A stretch of 64,000 nt of DNA, taken from contig CAWFQK010000004.1 in the NCBI GenBank assembly GCA_963817955.1, forward strand, positions 576,001 through 640,000. The letters are read 5' to 3'. Shown piece after piece: positions 45,847 to 54,463 of the stretch (within the stretch, counting starts at the first letter, position 1; each line of letters starts with the position of its first letter). Origin of the DNA: an uncultured Gemmatimonadaceae bacterium. Lineage in GTDB: Bacteria > Gemmatimonadota > Gemmatimonadetes > Gemmatimonadales > Gemmatimonadaceae. Below the pieces are notes generated by a model. That model saw only the letters and a program-made list of their open reading frames with translations, made no database searches and had not been told where the DNA came from. Both the position numbers and the translations under genes were made by a program.

Positions 45847-48540
45847 CTAGTCCTTCCGTCGCGGACCGAGGATGCGTTCCAGATCCGTCACCGTCCGGAT
45901 CTCCCGGCGCGCGCGACGCGCCCACTCCGACGTCGGCCCTAACTCCACGACGCGTTGCCACCGCTCGACCGCGCCGCGGTATCGGCGCTGTTCCGCCAGG
46001 ATGCTGCCTTCATGGAACAGCGCGCCGATATGCGACGGGTCGAAGCGCAGGACGCGAGCGAACGCCTGCACGGCATCGCGTTTGCGCCCGAGCGCGAGCA
46101 GAGTTTCCCCGAGTGCGATCAGCGCATCGAAGTGATAGGGATCGCGCTGCAGCAAATCGATCAGCTGCTCCAGCGCTTCAGCGGGGCGTCCAAGGCGCCG
46201 CCGCAACGTCGCGAGCTCCAGTGTCGCCTCGGCATACGTCGGTACGGCGTCGAGCGCGGCGACCAGCTCCTGTTCGGCTTCGCGGTTCTGCCCCTTTGCC
46301 TGTAACAAGCGCGCGAGCTGGAAACGCACCACCGCGAAATCCTGGTCGAGTTGCAGCGCATGGCGATATGCCGAGATCGCGCCTTCGTTATCGCCGAGGG
46401 ATCGGGCAATGTCGCCCATCTTCTGCTGCACGTCGGCGCGCATGGGCGCGGCGCGCCGCGCCGCATCGAGCACCGACAGCGCCGCCGCGGGATCGCCTGC
46501 TTCCGCGCAGGTGGTCGCCATGAGCATGAGCACATCCACGTCATCGGGACAATGGGTGAGCAGCTGCTGGGCGAGGGGACGGGCCTCCGCGGCGCGTCCG
46601 AGGCGGACGAGTGACGAGGCTTCCCCGATCGCGGCAGCGCGCCTTTCGGGTTCGAGCCGTAAGGCTTCGCGATACCGCTCGAGGGCCTCGCCGAACAGCC
46701 CTTGCTTGGCAAAGACGTCTCCAAGGAGCGTGAGCCCGTCGGCGCGCGCACCTCCGCGAGACATGGCGCGGCTGATCTCGGCCGAGGCGCGGTCGTACAA
46801 TCCTTTGGACAGGTAATCCGCCGCCATCGCGAACGGCGACGCATCCGTGCCGCGCGACGGCGTCACCGGCGACGGAAAGGCGACCGGCCTCAGCTCGGTG
46901 AAGAGCGTGTCGAGCGACTGGGCGTCGAAGCTGAAATCGGCGATCGACGCGTCGGCCAACCGCTCGCCGCCGAAATCCGGTCGAATCGAGAGGTCGGGGT
47001 CCTCGTACTCGACGTCCATGGCCAACTCGAACTTCTGCGGGACGTAATAGGGATCGAGCTCCAGCGCACGCTTGGTTTCGCGTAACGCGCCTTCAAAGTC
47101 ACCGAGGTTCGAGAGCGTGAAGCTCATGTTGTAGTGTGCTTCCGCAACGTCCGGCTTCGACTGGATCGACCGCGCGAACGCGTTCCGCGCATCATCGTAC
47201 TTGTGCAGCTCCGAGAGGACGAGCCCAATGCCGTTCCACGCGACGTGCTGTTCCGGCGCGTTCGTCAGCGCCCGGCGGTACGCATCGAGCGCGGCGGGAA
47301 ATCGTTTGCCGCGTGCAAGGAGGAGCGCCATGTTGAGGTGCGCCTTGACAAAGCTGGGCTGTTCGTCGAGCGCGGTGCGGAAGGCGCCGATGGCCTCGTC
47401 CACCGCACCGCGGTGATACAGCACGACGCCCAGGTTGTTGTGCGCAATGGCGTAGGTGGGCTCGGCCTGCAGGGCGTTCCGGTAGCTGGCCTCCGCGTCG
47501 GGGAAGCACCCATCCTGGTGCAGCGCCACGCCGCGCTCGTTCCACAGCTTGGGACTCGACGGCTGCCGCTCCAGCAACTCGTTGTACAGCGCGAGCGCCT
47601 CGTTCGGCTGTCGCATGAGCAGATGCATCTCGGCCATGGCCTGCAACACGAGATCGCGCTCCTCGCCCCGTTCCAGCGCGACACGGTATTCGCGCATCGC
47701 CTCGGGGAAATACCCGTTGCTGCGGAACGCGAGACCGAGATTGTAGCGCGCGAGTTGGCCTTCGCCCGACACCTGGAGCTCGCGCCTGGCTGGCGCGGGC
47801 CCATCCTCCGGTCGCGCCGCCCGCTGTTGGTCGATCGCCAAATTCGCGTGGGCGCGCGACAACGTGGGATTGAGCGCAATGGCGCGGCGGGTCACGGCCT
47901 GCGCGTCTTCATGCCGTCCCATGTCGCCCAGGACGAACCCCATCAGGTAGAGCGCGTCGTGGTTCTCGGGATTGCGCTCGATCGCCCGTTCCAGGGCCCG
48001 TAGTGCTTCGTCGTTCAGTCCGCGATGATAGAGCACTTCACCGAGCGAGAACTGCAGCAACGAGCTGTCGGAGTCGAGCGTGAGCGCGCGCTCGAGCAGC
48101 TGCTGCGCGCGTTCGATGTCGCCAGTCTCCTTCTCGGCCATCGCGAGCTGCAAGAGCGCGCCGACATCCGACGGGGTGACCTGCAGCAGCGCGCGGAATT
48201 CCTCCGCCGCATCGTCCTGCTGGCCGAGCAGCGCATAGGTGCGACCGAGCTCCCAGCGCGCATCACGATCCTCGGGGCGCAGCCGGAGGCGCTCTTTGAG
48301 TTCCGGAATACGAGTATCGTAATAGCCCGTGTTGAAGTAGGCGATTTCGAGATTCCGTTGCGCGACCTGCATCTTCTGGTCGAGGTCCAGCGCCTTCATG
48401 AACGCGGCGACGGCCTCCCCGTACAGCCCCTTGTTGTAGTACAGCACCCCCAGATTGTTGTGCGCCCCGGCATCCGACGGATCGATCCGCCGGGCAAACG
48501 AACGTAAGACGTCGCGATCGCGTTCCGAGGTGAGTGCCAC
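45847..48540 (-). CDS. Large TPR-repeat protein (897 aa)
   Basis: Many canonical TPRs (AHNNLGVLYYNKG, AHNNLGVVLYHRG, AHYNMSFTLSNLG) and no signal peptide. Confidence 0.9.
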   Translation of the reverse strand: MALTSERDRDVLRSFARRIDPSDAGAHNNLGVLYYNKGLYGEAVAAFMKALDLDQKMQVAQRNLEIAYFNTGYYDTRIPELKERLRLRPEDRDARWELGRTYALLGQQDDAAEEFRALLQVTPSDVGALLQLAMAEKETGDIERAQQLLERALTLDSDSSLLQFSLGEVLYHRGLNDEALRALERAIERNPENHDALYLMGFVLGDMGRHEDAQAVTRRAIALNPTLSRAHANLAIDQQRAARPEDGPAPARRELQVSGEGQLARYNLGLAFRSNGYFPEAMREYRVALERGEERDLVLQAMAEMHLLMRQPNEALALYNELLERQPSSPKLWNERGVALHQDGCFPDAEASYRNALQAEPTYAIAHNNLGVVLYHRGAVDEAIGAFRTALDEQPSFVKAHLNMALLLARGKRFPAALDAYRRALTNAPEQHVAWNGIGLVLSELHKYDDARNAFARSIQSKPDVAEAHYNMSFTLSNLGDFEGALRETKRALELDPYYVPQKFELAMDVEYEDPDLSIRPDFGGERLADASIADFSFDAQSLDTLFTELRPVAFPSPVTPSRGTDASPFAMAADYLSKGLYDRASAEISRAMSRGGARADGLTLLGDVFAKQGLFGEALERYREALRLEPERRAAAIGEASSLVRLGRAAEARPLAQQLLTHCPDDVDVLMLMATTCAEAGDPAAALSVLDAARRAAPMRADVQQKMGDIARSLGDNEGAISAYRHALQLDQDFAVVRFQLARLLQAKGQNREAEQELVAALDAVPTYAEATLELATLRRRLGRPAEALEQLIDLLQRDPYHFDALIALGETLLALGRKRDAVQAFARVLRFDPSHIGALFHEGSILAEQRRYRGAVERWQRVVELGPTSEWARRARREIRTVTDLERILGPRRKD

Positions 48541-48576
48541 GGGTGAATGCTGGGTACGGGTCGCCGGGGCGAACGA

Positions 48577-49194
48577 TCAGGCCACGCGCACGGCTTTGAG
48601 AATCGCCTGCAAGGAGGCCGAATCCGGCAGCAGCAGGAAGAAGCCGTGGAGCCGTTCGCCGATCTCATCCATCAGGAATTCACTTTCGACACAGAACACA
48701 TAATCCTTGTCGCTGCCGAACTGGAGATACGCCGTCGTGAGCACCGCCGTCGACATGTCGATCGCCAGACTGGGCGGCGACGGCAGCAGCATCATGCCCA
48801 TGAAGTCGCTCAGCGCATTCATGTACGCCGAGCTGAGAATGTTGCCGGCTTCCTTGATTGCCGACCGCTCCATCTCCGAGAACTCGTCGCCGGTACTCGG
48901 CCGGCGGAGCAGCATGCCCGCGAGGTGAATGGCGGTGCGCCGTGGAAACACGAGCAGCGTGCGCCCCGTGAGATCGCCCATCATGTGCATGAGCACCGCC
49001 GCCACCGCCTCATCGGGCTCCCCGATCTGCGGCGGGACGTCCTCGAGCCGCGACACGTTGATCCTGGGCACACTGATCATGATCGTCTCGCCGATCATCT
49101 GCGACAGCGCCGTCGCCGCATGCCCGGCGCCGATATTCGCCACCTCGCGCAGCGCGTCCAGTTGGATGGCTTTCAGCGAGCGAAGATCTTCCAT
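48577..49194 (-). CDS. cheC: CheY-P phosphatase CheC
   Basis: Two ExxN sites: LDALREVANIGAGHAATALS and SAIKEAGNILSSAYMNALS. Confidence 0.95.
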   Translation of the reverse strand: MEDLRSLKAIQLDALREVANIGAGHAATALSQMIGETIMISVPRINVSRLEDVPPQIGEPDEAVAAVLMHMMGDLTGRTLLVFPRRTAIHLAGMLLRRPSTGDEFSEMERSAIKEAGNILSSAYMNALSDFMGMMLLPSPPSLAIDMSTAVLTTAYLQFGSDKDYVFCVESEFLMDEIGERLHGFFLLLPDSASLQAILKAVRVA

Positions 49195-49200
49195 GGTTCC

Positions 49201-51126
49201 TCAGAGCAGACTACTGACGTCAACGATGAGCGACGGAGTTCCGTCGCTGAGGAGTGTGGCACCAGCGAACACCCGCGGCCCGTCACGCACCGCGTCGTAC
49301 TGCTTGACGACGATCTCTTCCTGCCCCGTGATCTCGTCGATCGCCAACGCGGCGCGACGGTCGCCGACATCGAGCACCGCGGCATGTTCGAACGCGATCT
49401 CACTCGGCGCCTGGTACGGTGGCATGCCGACGATCGATCGCAGGCGCAGCAGCGGCAACAGCTCGTCGCGCGCCAGCACCACCTCGCGCCCCTGCACCGT
49501 CCGCACGATCTCCGGCACGAGCTCGATCGTTTCGCTCACATGAGCCAGTGGAATGGCGTACGTCTCGTCGTCGACCCGCGCGAGGAGCGCCCGCACGATG
49601 GCCAGCGTCAATGGCAGTCGCAGGATCGTCGTCGTACCCTGCCCCGGCACCGAACGGATGTCCATGGCACCGCCGAGCGCGCGCACGCGCGTGTAGACGG
49701 CGTCCACACCGACGCCGCGGCCGGAGAGCCGGGTGATCTTCTCGGCGGTCGAGAATCCCGGACGCGCAAGCAGGCGGAGCAACTCGTCTTCCGTGAGCTC
49801 GGTCTTGTTCGCATCGACCAATCCATCACGTTTGGCGCGCGCGAGCACCCGCGCACGATCGATGCCCTTGCCATCGTCGCTCACCTTGATGACGATCGCC
49901 GAGCGATCACGCGCCGCGCTGAGCACGAGCCGGCCCACGGGCGGCTTGCCCGCGGCGACGCGGGCCTCCGGCGTCTCGAAGCCGTGGTCGATCGAGTTGC
50001 GCAACAGGTGTACGATGGAGTCGCCGATCTCGTCGAGCATCGACCGATCGAGCTCGATGCCTTTGCCGTCGACCTCGAGTTCAATGTGCTTGCCGACGCT
50101 GCGCGATGCATCGCGGACGACGCGTGGAAATCGGTCGAACACCTGCGCGACCGGCACCATGCGGCTCGCCGTAATCTCGTCACGCAACTCGGTGATCAAT
50201 CGCGACGACTGGTTCACAGTTTCCTCGAGCGCGACATCGCCCAGCTCGCCCGCGAGCTGCGTCAATCTGCCGCGCGCGATCACCAATTCACCAACCAGAT
50301 TCATGAGCGTGTCCAGGCGGCGCACGTCGATGCGCACGTGACGCGCCTTGCCGTTCGTCCGCTCCTGGTCCAACGGCAGTCCTTCCGGAGGCGTTGCGCT
50401 CGGGTCCATCGCGGAAACCGGCGGCGCCTGCCGCTCCGGCTGGTCTTCGCCCACCTGGACGTCGGCCACATCGCCCGCGCCGCGCGCGACCCCTTCGACC
50501 TGCGCGGAGTCCAGGGAGGTGACCAGTCGCAGGGCGAACTCTGCGCCGAACGACTCGGCCTGCAGATCGTTGAGCGAGGGTACCGTTCCCGTCACGTCGC
50601 CGATCTTCTTCAGTGATTGGACGATGATGAACGCCCGCACGCCGCGGAGTGGCGTGCTGGGTGCGAGCCGCACGCGCACGAGCGTGCCGGGACCTTCCGG
50701 AGCCGCCACACTCCACCCGCCGTTCAGCCGCTGCGGGTTCGGCAGTCCCAACGCGCGGAGCTGTGCCACGAGCTCGGTGTCGATCACCTCACCTTCACGT
50801 CCCGTGACGGCGGCTTCCACCGCGTGCTCCAGCGCGTCGGAGGCGCGAAACAGCACGTCCACGATATCGGGATCGATCGCCAGATCGCCGCGGCGCACGC
50901 GGTCGAGCAGCGTCTCGAGTTCGTGCGCGAGCTCGGCGACGATGGCGTACCCCATCGTCGCGCCCATCCCCTTGATGGTGTGGACGGCGCGAAAAATTAC
51001 GGCGATCGCAGGCGCCGCCTCGGGGCCCCCGGCATCGCGCTCGAGCTTGAGCAGCGCCTGATGGACCGCCGCGACGTTCTCCCGGCTTTCCGTGAGGAAT
51101 AGTTCCGCGTACTGGAAGCTATCCAC
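49201..51126 (-). CDS. cheA: Chemotaxis histidine kinase CheA (P1-P5)
   Basis: FRAVHTIKG (HPt), a P2 segment, LMNLVGELVI, HLLRNSIDHG, DDGKG, SGRGVGVD and LPLTLAI. GTG start at 51126. Confidence 0.96.
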   Translation of the reverse strand: MDSFQYAELFLTESRENVAAVHQALLKLERDAGGPEAAPAIAVIFRAVHTIKGMGATMGYAIVAELAHELETLLDRVRRGDLAIDPDIVDVLFRASDALEHAVEAAVTGREGEVIDTELVAQLRALGLPNPQRLNGGWSVAAPEGPGTLVRVRLAPSTPLRGVRAFIIVQSLKKIGDVTGTVPSLNDLQAESFGAEFALRLVTSLDSAQVEGVARGAGDVADVQVGEDQPERQAPPVSAMDPSATPPEGLPLDQERTNGKARHVRIDVRRLDTLMNLVGELVIARGRLTQLAGELGDVALEETVNQSSRLITELRDEITASRMVPVAQVFDRFPRVVRDASRSVGKHIELEVDGKGIELDRSMLDEIGDSIVHLLRNSIDHGFETPEARVAAGKPPVGRLVLSAARDRSAIVIKVSDDGKGIDRARVLARAKRDGLVDANKTELTEDELLRLLARPGFSTAEKITRLSGRGVGVDAVYTRVRALGGAMDIRSVPGQGTTTILRLPLTLAIVRALLARVDDETYAIPLAHVSETIELVPEIVRTVQGREVVLARDELLPLLRLRSIVGMPPYQAPSEIAFEHAAVLDVGDRRAALAIDEITGQEEIVVKQYDAVRDGPRVFAGATLLSDGTPSLIVDVSSLL

Positions 51127-51149
51127 GAGATCCGGGCATCGCGCTGCGG

Positions 51150-51512
51150 TTATCCGAGCACACGCTGCACGGCCTCGAGCACGCGGCTCGGCTGGAACGG
51201 CTTGACGACGAAGTCTTTCGCTCCCGCCTGAATGGCCTCGACGACGAGCGCCTGCTGGCCCATCGCGCTGCACATGAGGATCTTGGCCTCCGGGTCGAGT
51301 TTGCAGATCTCACGCACCGCGTCGATGCCGCCCATATCGGGCATCACGATATCCATCGTCACGAGATCGGGCCGGAGCTGCTGATACCGCTCCACGGCCT
51401 CCACCCCCGTCTCCGCCTCGCCGACGATTTCGAACCCGGCCCGCGTGAGGATATCGCCGACCATGGTGCGCATGAAGATCGCGTCGTCGCAGATGAGAAC
51501 AGTCTGACTCAA
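51150..51512 (-). CDS. cheY: Single-domain response regulator CheY
   Basis: VLICDDAIFMR, TMDIVMP, CSAMGQ and DFVVKPF. TTG start after a GGAGG ribosome-binding site. Confidence 0.95.
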   Translation of the reverse strand: MSQTVLICDDAIFMRTMVGDILTRAGFEIVGEAETGVEAVERYQQLRPDLVTMDIVMPDMGGIDAVREICKLDPEAKILMCSAMGQQALVVEAIQAGAKDFVVKPFQPSRVLEAVQRVLG

Positions 51513-51538
51513 GAAATGCCTCCAGGAAGTACGAAGTA

Positions 51539-51994
51539 CTACGAGAGCAGGACCTGTGAGATAAGGGCATCGACATCGAGAATGACAACGGCTGCCTCAT
51601 CCAACGTTGCTACGCCGCGCACGATGGGGCCACGCGACCGCGACATGTCGTCGCGCTCATCGATCGCCAACTCGCGAACGTCGACCACCTCGTCGACCAC
51701 CATCCCCACCAGCCGCTCGCGGTAGCGCACGAGCAGGATCGACCCGTCGGCAATGGGCGCGCGCGACGCATCGAGGCGCACTCCCAGGTCGAGCACCGTG
51801 ATGATCGTGCCACGCATGTTGATCAGACCACGCACATGAGCCGGCGCACCAGGGAGCCGCGTCATGCGGCGCAGGGGAATGATCTCCTGAGCCGCCGTGA
51901 GGTCGCACCCATAGACTGTCGCTCCCACGCGGAACAGCAGCGTGGGAGGGAGCGCCACTTCACGGATCGACGTGGTAGAATCCAAAGAATTCAA
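51539..51994 (-). CDS. cheW: CheW
   Basis: TRLPGAPAHVRGLINMRGTIITVLDL and GMVVDEV. Start overlaps the end of rluD. Confidence 0.9.
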   Translation of the reverse strand: MNSLDSTTSIREVALPPTLLFRVGATVYGCDLTAAQEIIPLRRMTRLPGAPAHVRGLINMRGTIITVLDLGVRLDASRAPIADGSILLVRYRERLVGMVVDEVVDVRELAIDERDDMSRSRGPIVRGVATLDEAAVVILDVDALISQVLLS

Positions 51995-52934
51995 GCGGGT
52001 TGATATCGGCGATGGTCACGTCGGGGCCGGCGGCGACCACGATCGCGCGGTGCAAATCGTCCGGCAGCGGCGACCGCAGGTCGACCATTTCGCCGGAAAC
52101 CGGATGGCGAAACATCAACCACGCCGCATGCAGAAAGTGACGGCGCGGCGGAAGGTTCAGCAGCTTCCGCCCTCCGCCGCCGCCGTACGTATCGTCGCCG
52201 ACAACCGGATGTCCGATCGACGCGAGATGTACGCGAATCTGGTGCGTGCGTCCCGTGAAGAGGTGCGCCCGCAGCAGGTCGCCGGAGTCGAAGCGCGCAA
52301 GCCGGGTGAGGTCCGTCCGTGCCGGCCGTCCCGTATTGACGATTGCCATGCGCTTTCGGTCTCGCGGATCACGGGCAATGGGTCGCTCGACCGTGATCTG
52401 GTCGTCACTGAGGTGTCCCCATGAGAGGACCGCGTACCGCCGCACGACCTGCCGGGCCTGAATCGCCGCTCCGAGCACGCGGTGGGCCCGATCCGTCTTG
52501 GCGACGAGCAGAAGCCCGGATGTCTCCTTGTCCAGACGGTGGACAATCCCCTCCCGCCCCTCCTCCCGTCCGGCGGACAGGGGCCCGCCCCTTCCCTTGA
52601 GGGCGTTTACAAGGGTCCCAGTCCAATTGCCAGGGGCCGGATGTACCACCATCCCCGCCGGCTTGTCCACGACCAACACGTCCTCGTCCTCGTATACCAC
52701 GGCGAGCGGGATCTCCTCGCCGAGTACCTCGCGGCCGGGTGCTGGCGGAACCTCCACCGTAACGGTCTCCCCCGCAACCGGCCGGTAGGCGGCTTTCTCT
52801 CGTCGGCTGTTCACCAGGACATTGCCCTCGGCGATCAACGTCGCGGCCCGATTCCGTGACAGGTCAAGGCTTGCCGCGACGAACAAGTCGAGGCGGGGAG
52901 CGCCATCGGGCACGAGGAGGGAGTGTGAGGACAT
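51960..52934 (-). CDS. rluD: RluA/RluD-family pseudouridine synthase with S4 domain
   Basis: RLDLF S4 start, DKPAGMVVHP, VHRLDKETSG, TGRTHQIRVH and GDDTYG. Confidence 0.92.
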   Translation of the reverse strand: MSSHSLLVPDGAPRLDLFVAASLDLSRNRAATLIAEGNVLVNSRREKAAYRPVAGETVTVEVPPAPGREVLGEEIPLAVVYEDEDVLVVDKPAGMVVHPAPGNWTGTLVNALKGRGGPLSAGREEGREGIVHRLDKETSGLLLVAKTDRAHRVLGAAIQARQVVRRYAVLSWGHLSDDQITVERPIARDPRDRKRMAIVNTGRPARTDLTRLARFDSGDLLRAHLFTGRTHQIRVHLASIGHPVVGDDTYGGGGGRKLLNLPPRRHFLHAAWLMFRHPVSGEMVDLRSPLPDDLHRAIVVAAGPDVTIADINPLEFFGFYHVDP

Positions 52935-52970
52935 GGAGGACAACCTAATGGATGCCCTCATCCCGAACGG

Positions 52971-53504
52971 CTATCGTTTCGCGGCTTCTGCCGCCGCCTC
53001 AGCCAATACTCGGCGGTCGTCCTTCCAGAGGATGAATGCCAGAAGCACGGCGCCGACGGTGACCGCCGAATCCGCGACGTTGAACGTCCAGAACCGCACG
53101 TCGCCGACACCGATATCGATGAAGTCGACCACGCCACGCGCCGATCGAAAACGGTCGATCAGGTTGCCGGCGGCCCCACCCCATATGAGACCAAGGGCGA
53201 GCGCACGAATCGCGTCATCGGGCGATGTAGACCCTTGCAGCCGCCAGGCATGGTACATCCGCCAAACGATGATCAGCGCGGCGATCGCGAACAGGCCAAA
53301 GAGGTAGCGCGAGTACTGACCGAGCGACATGCTGAACGCCGCGCCCGGATTGAACGCCAGCGTGAACCGCACCACGTTTCCGACGATCAGATGCGGGAAG
53401 GGCTGCAGGTAGCGAACCGCGAGTACCTTCGTGATGAAGTCAACAACGATGACCACGACCGCAGCAGTCCAGAACACGCGGCCGTTGTTGCGAATGGAGC
53501 TCAT
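52971..53504 (-). CDS. lspA: Lipoprotein signal peptidase II (copy 2)
   Basis: NPGAAFS, GGAAGNLIDR, VVDFID and TFNVAD. Start at ATG 53504. Confidence 0.92.
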   Translation of the reverse strand: MSSIRNNGRVFWTAAVVVIVVDFITKVLAVRYLQPFPHLIVGNVVRFTLAFNPGAAFSMSLGQYSRYLFGLFAIAALIIVWRMYHAWRLQGSTSPDDAIRALALGLIWGGAAGNLIDRFRSARGVVDFIDIGVGDVRFWTFNVADSAVTVGAVLLAFILWKDDRRVLAEAAAEAAKR

Positions 53505-53518
53505 GTCGCGGGCGGAGG

Positions 53519-54058
53519 TTACGGGAAGTCGCGCGGCTCGGACGTCGCTGGGGCGGTGGCTGCGCTGGCGAGCGACTCTGCCTCGGTATCCTCGCCCCAC
53601 AATACCCAGGCGAGTAGGAATGCGCCGATGCTCACCGCCATGTCGGCGATGTTGAAGGTTGGCCACCGCGAGTCGCCGAAACCAACATCAATGAAATCGA
53701 CGACGCCGAGACTCGATCGAATGCGATCGATGAGATTACCGACCGCACCGCCGCACACGAGCGCCAGCGATACCGCGCGCATCACATCGCCGGAGCGTGT
53801 CGCCCTGTACAGGCGACCGAGTATCACCAGGGCCGCGATCGTGAGGATCGTGAAGATCGAGCGGGAATACTGCCCCAAGTGCAGACCGAACGCCGCACCG
53901 GAGTTGTACACCAGCGTGAACCGCAGCAACTCGCCGTACACGTCGTGCGGCAGGCGCTGCGGAATCAACCGACTGACGGCAATCGCCTTCGTGCAGAAAT
54001 CGGCGGTCGCGACCAACACCAACACGGGCCAAAAGAGTCCCGAGTTACTTCTTCGCAT
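53519..54058 (-). CDS. lspA: Lipoprotein signal peptidase II (copy 1)
   Basis: NSGAAFG, GGAVGNLIDR, VVDFID and TFNIAD. Start at ATG 54058. Confidence 0.92.
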   Translation of the reverse strand: MRRSNSGLFWPVLVLVATADFCTKAIAVSRLIPQRLPHDVYGELLRFTLVYNSGAAFGLHLGQYSRSIFTILTIAALVILGRLYRATRSGDVMRAVSLALVCGGAVGNLIDRIRSSLGVVDFIDVGFGDSRWPTFNIADMAVSIGAFLLAWVLWGEDTEAESLASAATAPATSEPRDFP

Positions 54059-54461
54059 CTTCCTCGCGCTGCTTGCAGTCGATGCAGTAGCGGGCGTGCG
54101 GCAGCGCGTCCAGGCGCTCGAAGGCGATCTCGTTGCCGCATTGGTGACACTTGCCGAAGGTCTCCGGCGCGTGGAACAAGCGCCGGAGGGCCTCGTCGAT
54201 GTGCCAGAGGAACCGGCCCTCCTGGCTCGCGAACAGAAACGCCTTTTCGCGTTCCATGGCATCGGTGCCCTGGTCGGCCATGTGGAACGAGTAGCTGCTC
54301 AAGCCCCCGTCGGCCGATTGCGGCGTCGCTCCAAACGCCTCGTCCGCACGTCCGAGCTCCTTGAGCACGCGGCGGCGCTCTTCGGTCAACCGCTTCTCAA
54401 AGTGCTGGAGCGACTTCTTCGTCATGCCTTTCGGCTTCTTGGCGCTGTTGGTCGTCGGCAT
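54045..54461 (-). CDS. TraR/DksA C4 zinc-finger protein
   Basis: Coiled coil with HMADQGTD tip, and CHQC...ERLDALP...CIDC zinc finger. Confidence 0.9.
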   Translation of the reverse strand: MPTTNSAKKPKGMTKKSLQHFEKRLTEERRRVLKELGRADEAFGATPQSADGGLSSYSFHMADQGTDAMEREKAFLFASQEGRFLWHIDEALRRLFHAPETFGKCHQCGNEIAFERLDALPHARYCIDCKQREEDAKK

Positions 54462-54463
54462 TG

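Noticed and set aside
48547..50616. Long plus-strand ORFs (e.g. 689 aa here; also 9634-11190, 41251-42768, 54845-56581)
   Set aside because: Antisense shadows of well-supported minus-strand genes, expected at high GC, with no recognisable motifs.
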